Of a stretch of 64,000 bases of DNA, positions 1-11,900 are shown one piece after another. How positions within the stretch are numbered: the first letter of the stretch is position 1; each line of letters opens with the position of its first letter. The DNA comes from Macrostomum lignano (lineage: Eukaryota). The stretch is taken from the NCBI GenBank assembly GCA_002269645.1, contig NIVC01000035.1:496001-560000 (forward strand). The letters are read 5' to 3'. Position numbers and translations under genes: made by a program. The notes under the pieces were generated by a model, which was not told the origin of the DNA, did not search any database, and was given only the letters and a program-made list of their open reading frames with translations.

Positions 1-815
1 TCCTCTTTCCCGTCTCTCCCCTGCACTATCAATTTAAAATGCAATTCATGGTAAGCAGTGATTTTTCCAAGGTGAACGTCTGTTCAATGGTAGAACGAAC
101 GAAGGTAGATTAAGATTAACTCAATGATAAATTGTCAGCAGTCCCAGTGCGTGACAACGATTGTCTGGCGAGCGCCCCCATGACCCCGCTTTCCCTGTTA
201 CGCTGCTTCTATGTTTAAGTGGTGGATACATCACTTATTCCCCGTTAATACCAAGTGTCTAGGGCAAAAATTGTCCTATTGATTGAGCTCACTCTGGAGG
301 TGTGTGACATGCTTATTTGACTCTGCGTGCTATGGCTGATTTAGTCTATGGCTAAACTTCATGGTCTATGCAGGTTTTAAAATGGAATCGAATATGATTG
401 AGATTCATAAAGGTTTCTTTATAAAGGCAATCTTTATAATCGTGCGTGCGATTTTCTCAATTTGAACCATAGAAATCACCAGTTCGTGAGAGAGAGAGAG
501 AGAGAGTTGGAAAGAGATTATAATCGCTTGTCTGTTAGTTACCCTTGCTGGTGTCTCAGCTGCTTGACATGCCCTAGAGTGCGAGAGACGATAGCGTCGG
601 ATGTGCAAAGGTCTCGACTCCGGACGACGCTAATGCCATGAACAAGATGAAGTTAGTTAGCTGTCAAAAGGCTCGACTACATGTAATCCACAGATCTTAT
701 ATACACTAAAAAGGCCACTCAGTGGCACCCAGCCAAACCATTGTCGGCTGATTTTCCATGCAAGAATGGCATTGTATCACGCTGGCGCGCGTTAGATGCA
801 CGATTTACTGTGCGT

Positions 816-1484
816 CTAATGTAGGTGTCTATGGCAATTTTCTATCTGAGTAAAGGCAACAAGCGTGCGTCTAACGCGTGCGTGTAATGCACGGAAAGGC
901 TCGATCGATTGGAAGTGTCGGGCGCGTCCGCCTCGGGCAATGAAGATTCTGCCCATTGACTTCAGTGTCGTATTGGAAGCATAGAATGCGTCGTCAGTTA
1001 GAATATTGATTCGCCTTGTCGACATGAAATGCCGGTAGAGCGCAGCTCGGATACAAATCAACGTGGCTGGAGCAAAGTATTCACCATTCCTCTTGCGAAG
1101 TGAGCCATAGAAGTATCGCAATAGACTGTCGATCTCGCGCGGTGTAGAAGTCGCCAAATCACGCTGAACTGACGGATGGCTCTCCATGAAGCTCTGCAAC
1201 TTACCGACATAATATTCGGTAGCCTTTGTCACACTTTTACTAGCAGCGGTGTCCTCGATTTCGGAAACGAGCTGTTCCAATTCAAGTAGTTCAGCTTCTT
1301 CGTCAGGTATCTTCTTGAAAAGTGCCTCCAGAAGATCCTCCTCTTCTCGATCAATTGCCGACTCCGGTAGATTATCAGGCTCGTTCAGAATGTCGTCAAT
1401 CTCATTGGTGGACAAGCCGGAAATCGTTTCGTTCGGAAATTTGCTCAGATTCAGAAGTCTGACTTTAGTTGGTGGCTCAGCCAT
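816..1484 (-). mobile_element. Truncated Crypton-like tyrosine-recombinase ORF (N-terminal/core-binding part only; catalytic domain missing)
   Basis: The segment IDSLLRYFYGSLRKRNGEYFAPATLICIRAALYRHF resembles the L..FY...RK.dG..Y...sL..IRaAi.RH region that precedes DUF3504 in Crypton-A and its domesticated relatives (KCTD1 long form, ZMYM2-4, QRICH1). Similarity stops at about HFQSIEP (~897). The ORF is intronless and sits among repeated motifs. Confidence 0.65.
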
Positions 1485-2779
1485 ATTCTCTCACAAGTGA
1501 TTTTAATTTAACAGCTTCTTATTCCCTTCTTCGCAACACTCAATCAACTTGCGTGCCTTTCACGCATTTTTGTCTATGGTTAAGACAAATTAACTGAGCG
1601 TGCATCTAACGCGCCATCTAAAGTATTAAGCCAACGTAATACAATGCACGAGTGCGCGCAGCGCACGAGTGCCATAGACCATTTAAGCACGCAAAATCGA
1701 TGTATGAATCCTACATTCTTGCACTCTTTTGCGTGCAGGAATGGATATCTATGGTAAAATCTCACTGAAAAAGCATTGGGCGCAGAAATTCATTCCTGCA
1801 CGGTTTTGTGCATTCCTGCACGATGAATCATCCGACAATGGAATTCCTTCACGTTCACTCGTGCGTGAAGGACATCGTGCACTCGTGCAGATGTCATTCC
1901 CGCACTCGTGACCGTGCAGGAATATATCATTGAGCCTATGGGAAGAATTCCAAGAAGCGGTGATTTATAATCAGCTAGTCTTCAGTAGTTAATGCGCATA
2001 TTTGTCAGTAGCTGAAATGAGTATAAATGACCTTTTTATTTAGCTCTGTCAGCGTAAGACTTGGAATGCCTTTGCATGAGCAAGTGTAAGGTTATACGAG
2101 TAATCAGCAAAGTGCGTTTCGAGACAAATAAACGAATGAACAAACTATAGTCTATGGTTAAAACATCCTTCTCAGCGGGTGTCAATTTTAGAAACATATT
2201 ATAGCCAGTGGACTTGCACCACGTGACAATAGAAATTAATTTTCATTGAAAGGAAATTCTATCTGTTTTAGTCTGCGCTTCAAAAGTTCAAATGCACATT
2301 GATTCCTACGTGTGTTTCAAAAAGTCATGCACATCAAATGACTTACTGCATTTCTTACTGAATCGTAAATACTGAAATTCGATCAGCTTATGCAGTCAGT
2401 GTAGCGGAGCTGCTGGTTCACAAAACAATGGGAAAGCAGTTGAGGCAGAAAATCTGATTTATTAATTTAAACGCAACCGAAAGCGACGCACCCTGACGGT
2501 CAGTGCGTCATCGATTGGATCGCACGTCTGCTTGAAGTCTGTTAAAAAGTGCATCAATAATAATTGATCCATTAACAAAGATCAAGTACTGAGGGAAACA
2601 GACATACCTACCCATACATGTAGAATGGTAAGAGGCGTGGATGACAAAAGTAGAAATGTACGTGTGTAGATTGTGGTAGAGAGGTAGAGGTGTAGATTTA
2701 GGGTAGAGTTAGATTGGAGCTTAATTAAAGAGGCAGATTAGGGTAGAGAGGTTGTTGCTGTTGTTTCTATTAACCCTCG

Positions 2780-3420
2780 CCGGGGTCATGCTGAACGGGC
2801 AGCATCAGAAACTCTGCGACTTCACGTGGGAATTGCGTCAAAGATCGGAAGGCTCCAGTTCAGTGGGATGAGCAGGGCAGTTGAGGCCGGCAGGTCGGTA
2901 GCGGACGCGGTCGGTCGCGGTGCAACCAGTAATGCTCCGGGTAGCTGAATTCTGAACCGCCTGAAGCTAGCTGGAGATGACCGGACCTCGGACAGGTGAG
3001 GCGTAGCTAATAAGACTGCGCAAGATGATCTTGTAATGTTCAGCAGTAGCTCTTTGCAGCTGCTTCCTGCCAGGCACCGAAGGACGCGATTGCGCTTGCG
3101 GGCCTTCACGGAAGTCGCCAAGATTTGGCGATTGGCGGTTTAACATTAACTTGGAATCGAAGATGACCCCCTCACGAGTTTAGGAGAGCACCCGAGTGAG
3201 TCTGACACCCTCGGGCACCCCCATGCGGACTTGCAGTCGCGCAGCACGGTGCGGGCTTCACGTCCGAGCAGATGATTGCAAAGACAGCCTTTGATGAGAT
3301 TCGGCAGGTCGAAGTTAATAATATCGGTAAGAAGCTCACAATGAGCGAATGAGCTGCCACTCTCCCAACCCGGATGGAATGGTAGATTGGGGCAGACATT
3401 CAGGTTACCAGTTTTGATTA
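2780..3420 (-). pseudogene. Decayed non-LTR retrotransposon reverse transcriptase fragment
   Basis: Frameshifted pieces read in RT order: LLTDIINFDLPNLIKGCLCNHLLGREARTVLRDCKS, GVPEG (cf. GVPQG), GVIFDSKL (cf. LGV.FDSKL), ARKRNRVLRCLAG...KELLL. Several stops and frameshifts. Confidence 0.55.
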
Positions 3421-3490
3421 TAATATGAGCTAAAGCTGGGGAAGCTAAAGAATGGATGCAGGACCTCGTGAATTCACTACAAGTGTGAGG

Positions 3491-3491
<1 letters not shown>

Positions 3492-3524
<33 letters not shown>
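3492..3524. repeat. (CA)n microsatellite
   Basis: Direct reading of the sequence. Confidence 0.95.
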
Positions 3525-3531
<7 letters not shown>

Positions 3532-3868
3532 TTGAATCGAATGCATTGAATTTCAGACAGTTCTGACAGAAAAATTAACCAAATTATTACGAAGGATTCT
3601 GCACTCAATCTATTCAATATTAATCTATGGGAGAGGATTGAGGGTATTATTAAATTCATCAAACTTATAACGTTGCTTTGGATGGATGCGTGGGCGAATT
3701 CAAAGGGGAGACTGCAGCAAGTGCAGAGCAGAGCAATAATATAGTGGACTTTTGTTCCACTCTCCCAACTGTTTCCACCTCACTTCCCTTTGATGCTTTC
3801 CGACTCTTGAACAGTGGGTTCGCTCTCGTTAAAGGGTTTTTACTCATAATGTTGGCTGGGTTGATTGG

Positions 3869-4298
3869 CTAACTAACAAACAAGCTAACTAACAAGCTAA
3901 CTAACTAACAAGCTAACTAACTAACAAGCTAACTAACTAACTGACTAGCTAACTAACTAACTAACTAACTACCAAGCTAACTAACTAACTAACTGACTAA
4001 CTAGCTAACTAACTAGCTAACAAGTTAACTAACTAATTAACTAACTAGCTAACTATAGCTAACTAGCTAACTTACTAACTAACTGACTAACTACCAAGCT
4101 AACTAACTAACCAACTAACTAACTAACTAGCTATCTAACTAACTAGCTAGCTAACTAACTAGCTAACTAACTAACTAACTAACTAGCTATTTAACTAACT
4201 AGCTAACTAGCTAACTAACTAACTAGCTAACTAGCTAACTAACTAACTAAATAACTAACTAACTAACTAACTAGCTAACTAACTAACTAGCTAACTAG

Positions 4299-4341
<43 letters not shown>

Positions 4342-4342
4342 G

Positions 4343-4388
<46 letters not shown>

Positions 4389-4399
4389 GACTAGCTATT

Positions 4400-4453
<54 letters not shown>

Positions 4454-4461
4454 GCTAACTA
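3869..4461. repeat. (CTAA)n microsatellite with CTAG variants, ~0.6 kb
   Basis: Direct reading of the sequence. Confidence 0.95.
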
Positions 4462-5217
4462 ACACCAAACCCCCGCAGTCCCCATAAATTTGCTGCTCAG
4501 AGTTTTGGAGAAAAAAAGAGAAAAAAACGAAAAACGAATACACACAGAAATGTAGAGCCTTTCTCTTACTAAAGTTGTCATCTATGTATAATTTATCAAG
4601 TGGTATTTGATTGATAGCAAGCTTGAAAGGAGTCAATAGCATAACAATCACGCGATAGGTACGGGATAGTGGAAAATTAATTTATTGGTTTAATAAATTT
4701 ATACTTTTTGGGGTAGAAAAACTGTCGCAAAAGGTAAGAGAATCCTTATAGATAAAATCGCATAGCAACAACAAAATACTTTGCAGAATAAACAGTACTC
4801 AATAATTAAGGTAAATAAAGGTTTTAAAAACGCATTTTGGAAGAGATCGATTGGTGCTTTATTAATCTATATAACTAAAACTGGGTCAGTTAATGGCAGA
4901 AAAACCAATATAAAAAATTTTCGTCGCTGCCTACTACCAAACGATAGTAAAAGTAGCAATATAAGCATTTTAATGACCTCGGAAAAAAAGTGTTTAGATA
5001 ATGTAAAAATGTGAAATTACAGCTGTGTAAATAATTATGAAATATTTATAGCTGAACAAATTGTTTCTCAAAATTATACTTAACAGTAAGCTGATTCTAA
5101 TTACAGAGACCTATCAAAGTTGCTCTGTAACAAGAAAAAACGTAAAAAATATTCTGCTAGATTGAGCAGAACAGAAATGAATACCTGCAGCTGTTTCTTA
5201 AAGATACTTTGAATCTA

Positions 5218-5700
5218 TGGTAGATCTCTATTAGATCCATCCCGATCTCCATCAGGATCTCTAGATCTATCACGATCTCTAATAGATCTATCACGATCTC
5301 TAATAGATCTATCACGATCTCTAATAGATCTATCACGATCTCTAATAGATCTATCACGATCTCTAATAGATCTATCAGGATCTCTAATAGATCTATCACG
5401 ATATCTAATAGATCTATCACGATATCTAATAGATCTATCACGATATCTAATAGAACTATCACGATATCTAATAGATCTATCACGATATCTAATAGATCTA
5501 TCACGATCTCTAATAGATCTTTGGGATCTCTAATAGATCTTCGGAATCTCTAATAGACCTATCAAATCTCTAATAGACCTATCACGATCTCTAATAAATC
5601 TAACACGATCTCTAATAGATTTTTGGGATCTCTAATAGACCTTCGGGATCTCTAATAGATTTTCGGGATCTTTAATGGATTTGTCACAATCTCTTGTAGA
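5218..5700. repeat. 21-bp minisatellite (gatctctaatagatctatcac)
   Basis: Tandem units visible; they generate the spurious IVIDLLE ORF at 5157-5504. Confidence 0.9.
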
Positions 5701-5706
5701 TTTATT
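5701..5706 (-). terminator. Candidate polyadenylation signal of flotillin-1
   Basis: tttatt on + (AATAAA on -) lies about 195 nt downstream of the flotillin stop codon. Confidence 0.4.
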
Positions 5707-5900
5707 AACTATATAGCTGTTTACTGCAGAGCTATTCAAGATCTATAAGAAGCTACTAATAAAATTACGCAATAAAACACAGAGGATTATAATTGGGCAG
5801 CGTTTATCATACCAGTAGGGATAAATCGATAAAAATTGGCGTTAATTTTAAAAACTTTGGGCTACCAAGAGAGAAAGAAACCGATTGTCAATCAATAAAT

Positions 5901-8900
5901 TCACCGGCTCTTGCCGCCGCCTCCCAAAGTCTTGCTAATATCAACTCCAGCCATGCTTTTAACCACATTGGGCAGCCGTTCCATGATGTCCATCACTTCG
6001 CCCGTGATCTTCGCCGCGCCTAATTCGGAGCCTTTGCCGCCGTTGCTCACCATGGTGATCTTGCTGGCCCCGGCCAACGGCTGGGCAACCTCGGCAGCCA
6101 GTTTAGGCAGAGTCTTCAGCACCAAGTCGAGTTTAGCTGCCTCGCCGTACTCTTTCCAAGCGTCGGCCTTCTTAGCCATCTGCTCGGCTGTGGCCTTGGC
6201 TCGAGCCTCGATAGCGTAGGCCTCAGCCTCGCCCTTCAGCTGTATGGTCTCAGCCTCGGCCTGGGCCTCCAGCACAATCTTCTGGTTCTCCGCTTCGGCC
6301 AGCTTCTCCAGCCGGTAGCGCTCGGCCTCGGCCGGCTTGCGAACTGTGGCGTCCAATTGGCGCTCTTTGCGCACAATCTCCAGCTCCTATTGCAGAGGTT
6401 AAGCGTTGTAAAAATGTTAACTTAACTTAAGCTTGACACCACAGACACTAGAACAACTGCTAGGCAACAATCGACTCTGGTTTTCTACAAGCAGACTTAT
6501 TAAATTAGCATCTTCGTTCTGTTTTAGCGACTCCAGATTGCCTCAGACTCAAATTTATACCCTATATTCGAACAATAGTATTTTGCAGATTAATTTAGAC
6601 TATTCAGCCTATTAAGACTATTGACGGAGTCGCTCGAACAACAAGTTGACGCGGCGCACGCTGGCCTGCTGCGCGCCGCCTTCAAGATTGGCTACGACTA
6701 CGAGCGAGTGACCAACGCGGCTTTGTATCGCCGCGCCCGCCTGGTCCGTCCAAGCGACCTGCTGCGCCGTCGGCGACTCCAGCTGGCAGGCCACATCATC
6801 CGCGTCGAGTCTTACTGCCCAGAGCCGGTGCAGGAAGTGCTGCTGCTAACGCTGCAGGCACCCTACCAGCGAAAGCAGGCGCGCACTCGGCGTTTCGTCG
6901 ACTGCCTGCTGGCTGACGCCGGCGCCCCAGATTCGGCCTTCATTCGCAACCTGGCCTTGAGGCGCGCCCCGTAACGCTAACTGCGTATTCAGTATATCAG
7001 TATGCAAGAATAGCAAGAGAAAAAAGAGACCTACAACTATAGTCATTGAGGCTTGACGGAGAGGTGAACTTTTGAGAGCCATATCAAGATTTTTGGACGT
7101 TAGGCGAGCTACCGTGTACCATAATTTACACACTTTGGTATTGATGGGAGAGGAGGCGCAACGCTCTGCCTGGAGCCAAGACACGTCAACTCAATCAGCA
7201 GATAAGAGTTATCACGTTGCTAAAGCTTAGTACTGCTCCTATATTGGCAGAGTTCCATAGCGTACTAAAGTGTTGGCACTTCAACCATGTCGAGAGCATT
7301 AAACAGCTACGCCACCTTTTCGCACTGAAGTATGCTAGTGTGATATTATTTGGTGGCGCACGGTTTCACCACGAATTGCAAATTCCAAAGGCATTCGGCA
7401 ATCCCATTGGCATGCAAGTCTTACCACTAGCTGACAAGTGGCGCTTCGTGGTTACAGCGCTGCGGTGTTGATTTAGTTTTACTTTACTTTTTTCTTTTGA
7501 AAGCTCCATTGGTAATTTAAAAAATTATTTGTGTGGAACATTATCTCTTAGGTCGCATTTAGTTAAAAAGTTTTTGCTACAAAAAAACTAGTCTTATTTT
7601 TTGTTGTTGCAACAGAGCAACCCACCTTTTAAGGAGGCCTAATGCTATAGCTATCGAGAAAAATAACCGACGAGTATTCTGCGAAAGTCACTTGCGTATA
7701 TCAATGGGATTTTTTTAACGAACCCAGTGAAACAGTTTTGTCACGTTTGGTAACTGTATTTGTAGAACTTCTACAAGTGACTTTTGCTATATTGTTGAAT
7801 TTCAACCATCAACACATGCTCTTGTGAGCATCCTGCATCCAATTGGTTCGTTTTTCGATCCTTTAATGTGTAGTACCGATTGGAATGACGATTCAGATTT
7901 TTTTTGAATGGCGTCCTATACTTCATTCGAAGTTTACAAAAGTGAATATCTTTTAGCTTTACTTAAGGTTAATTTAAACGTTAACGGTTATGAAAAGGTA
8001 ATTCATCCAAGCGAAATATTGCGTTACTTTATTTCTGTGCCAATTAAGCCAATTGATTCCGGTACGTTTTACCTAATTTCCTTATGCAGCAAGTTTAAGC
8101 ACGACTTAATATAGTTGTGGCGATATTCTACAACGTTTTGTAATTTTTTACCCACTAGGAAAACAATTTATCGTCATTTATGCCATTCTGTTGCGCTTGT
8201 ATTTCTAACTTTACTTAGCACTTAGCAGTTGACACTTATTTGCAATTTTCTGAAGTAAGCATATTTAGAGGGAAGATTTTGTTTTCAATGATATGGCCAG
8301 AGAAGTGAAATGGTCTTTAATATATACAGATAACAGAATACCGAATATTTTCTGTGTACATTTTCGATTACAAATAGCATGACATGTTTTGACTACTATA
8401 GGTGCAATACTGCTGTATATTGTCTACATAACATCTCTACATGTCTAAATCTCTACATTGTCTACATAATGCCTCATGTACGTTCATCATATACGTATCA
8501 CATACGTTTTCAATAGGGCGGCTTTATTGTTTATTCATTCCTCTTATTTATTTCCCCTTTTTTCCCGTGCTTATTAGTAGGGCTTCATACATTTATCGGA
8601 TTTGATTTGATTATTACTTAAACAATTTTCTACGCTCGAAATGATATGGATGATCGTGGATAGTGAACATTCCATGGAAAAAATACGCTTGGGAACAGAC
8701 ATGAACATTCAAGGAACCATGAATGCTCAGGGATGAATCATGCATGTGAGACTTAAAGGCTTCATGGATGATTCGTCTGTGATTTAGGTCTAGGGTCAGT
8801 TCTGTTAATCTTAGCATATTAGTGTGCATGCGTCAAATTTATGCATCAAACTGACAATAATAGTTCTATTTCCCATCTCGTCTGTGTATTTTTGCGTCTG

Positions 8901-11900
8901 GTGGCCCCAATTCGCCAAACTCCCAAGCGACACTTGCTTGTGCTTGGCCGATCTTTCGTCAGCTTCGCTTAGTTTCTTTATTTACTCTTTATACGAGCAT
9001 TCTTTATATCCTTCACTATGCTTCACTATTATATGCTTGACTCATGTCGCCTACGAGCGTAGTTGCCTAGTAAAGCATCAGTTCAGGCCGCAGCTCAACA
9101 AGCAGGACAACGCGCAATGCAGACTCTGAAACGATGAAGAAGAATCCAACACCCATTTGATGGAGTACCCTGCCACGTGGAGCAAAACATCATAGGCTTT
9201 GAGGACCTGTGGTTGCAAACCGACCGCCGCCCTCAGGTTCTGGCACTGGCTAAGAGAGAGATGGAAAGCCTAGTATGAAAATTTTGTGCAGCACAAACGC
9301 AGGCACGCTGCAGCAGCAACTGGCAGTCACTGATTGTGCAACTGAAGGACGAGCCTCGACGCGTCAAGCTGCTATGGTACAAGGTACAGGCTTCAGGTGT
9401 TTATCTAGTTCTGGCAGAACTCGCTTAAAGTCACTGATCCTGCCTCATGGAAACGCCGATATTGAGTGTCAGTTTAGCAAACTTAAGTCGCATTTCGCGA
9501 ATGGACCGCAACCAACTGCAGAATCCATCGATTCACGGCATAATGACCGTTCAAACCTGCGTAATCTCGGTAAGAAGGTAAAAGAAGCCATACGTGATTG
9601 CAGCGTGAGTGCGCCTGGCAGTCAAGCGTTGCTTACAAAACTGTTGCAAAAGCAGCATTTTCTAAGAAGGAAGATGCTCATCAAGTCGAGAGAGCCCGAA
9701 AGAAAGCAGAGGCCGACAAGGCAAAGGCGGTAGGAGCTAGCTACAAAGCAAAAGCTAACCATGGAATATATGGCTCACGCTCAACGTCTCTTGTCTTGGA
9801 GGTTGAACAGGAAGATCAGCTGTGGGCCTGCAGCCCCATCAGGGCATAAAAGAGGGGCATCTCGACCAGCTGCATCTGTTTACAATAGCAGAACTTCAGC
9901 AGCATTGTGGATTACAGAACTTGGATTCGATGCTTCGAAATCTGTCCAACTTGCCGGTATCCACGCAAAGATTGCACTTGCGTTAATAGCGTATTTGGCG
10001 AGTTTTACACAATCAACTTGAGACCGCAAATTACTCGTATAGCCAAGTCTTTTTAAGCCGACATTACGCAGTACTATGAACCTATGAAGAATTTAAAATG
10101 CGCCTACAAGACGTTTTAACATAATGTAAACACCTTTCGACATTAATCTTCTACTAAAAGCTGAAGGTGTCTGTTTCATCATCAATACTACGAACAACGA
10201 TTCAATGTCGTTTGGGATGTGGGATTCTTCTCGGTATTTGGACCGAGTGTAACCTAAATTCGATGTTTTTCTCAACTGCATAATGCAATAGCTTCCGGAG
10301 TCTTGCGATGTTGTTGCTACGAACTCGTAAGTCCATCAATGCACACGAGTTGCTTAGACTTACTTATATCGTTTGCTGCGACCTACCTGCCCTGGTTAGC
10401 ATTGTCGAAATAAGCGACCACCCCACAGTGCTTTTTTGCGTGCTTGAAGTGTTTAAATTCTGGCAACAGTATGAGAACAGAAAAAATGGCGGAACTGTAA
10501 TGCAGTACGCTTTGGAGGAGAGCTTTTTGCATCGAACTATAGATAATTTCTACGAATGTGGTCACGCGGTGACTGCAGTCCGAAAAGATGTTTTCGGCGT
10601 ACAGTCCGTCTCCGTACTGTCCAATATCACGGAATTGTCGACCAACTTAATTCTGGATTCCATGTACACGGTTTTTGGAAAGAATTGCAAAGCTACGCCA
10701 AAAAATCGACTGGGCTGGCATTCTCTTCAAGCGCTCAAACGTTACCGTGTCACCGCAAGTTGTTCCGCATGACATGCCACGGTTCAAGCCGCTGGACGGC
10801 AAGCTGGCTTCATGGAGGGTAAACAAACTAAGTAAATCTCACCGTTTGAATCATTAAACAATAAAAATCTCAGATTCAGTCAAAAACGATGTTTGAGTCA
10901 TAAAACTTTAAAACCCTCCGCATAGTTGAGTCATAAAACTCAAAACCCCTCCGCACAGTTGAGTCATAAAACTCAAAACCCCTCCGCACAGTTGAGTCAT
11001 AAAACTCAAAACCCCTCCGCACAGTTGAGTCATAAAACCTCAAACCAAATCGCACAGTTGGGTCTTAAAAGATCAAACCCCTTCACCCTTCGCACAGTTG
11101 AGTCATAAAACAAACCCCTCTTGCATAGTTTGATTCAACTCACCTGCACATTGATCTGTTGAGTCCGCTCAACCACTTTAATCTGCATTTCCTCCTCTTT
11201 AATCTGCTGTTTAGTCTTTGCTGCTTGCAGTTCGTAGGCCAAATCAGACTCGGCCTTCTTAGCCTGAACCTCCTGATCGAAGGCGGCCTTTTTCAGTTCG
11301 TAATCCCGCTGCGACTTGGCAATCTCGATGTCATTTTTGTACTTGGCAGCCATGCGCTCCTGTTCAGCCATGGCCTCTTTAATGCCGGACTCTTTCTGGG
11401 CCTCAGCTTCGCCAATTCTGGCGTCGCGTTTCACTTGAGCTGTGCGCGACAGGCCGAGCGCTTTCAGGTAGCCTTCGTCATCTTTGATGTCTTTCAGAGT
11501 GTAGGACACCACGCTGATGCCCATGTTCACCAGGTCTGAGGAGGCCACCTGGTGAGATTAATCAGTGAAATTGAATTAAATTGGTCTCTTGTATGGCGCT
11601 AAAGTCTCTCGTATGGCGCTAAATGGGCGCCGGTCTCACCTATGACACTAAATTGGCGCCAGTCTCACCTATGGCACTAAATTGGCGCTAATCTCACCTA
11701 TGGAACTAAATTGGTGCCAATCTCACCTATGACACTAAATTGGCGCCAATCTCACATTCTCAACTATGACACTAAATTGGCGCCAATCTCAACTATGACA
11801 CTAAATTGGCGCCAATCTCACATTCTCAACTATGACACTAAATTGGCGCCAATCTCACTTATGGCGCAAAATTAGCGCCAAAGTCGTACCAGTGGAGCTA

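Noticed and set aside
2485-2509. GC-rich hairpin as a Helitron 3' end
   Set aside because: No CTRR terminus at the expected distance on either strand.
5911-6219. Antisense ORFs over flotillin, receptor, RT and GIMAP exons
   Set aside because: They are shadows of GC-rich coding sequence on the opposite strand.
10308-10857. 154-aa and overlapping ORFs in flotillin intron 3
   Set aside because: No recognisable motif or splice structure; possibly decayed transposon sequence, but unsupported.
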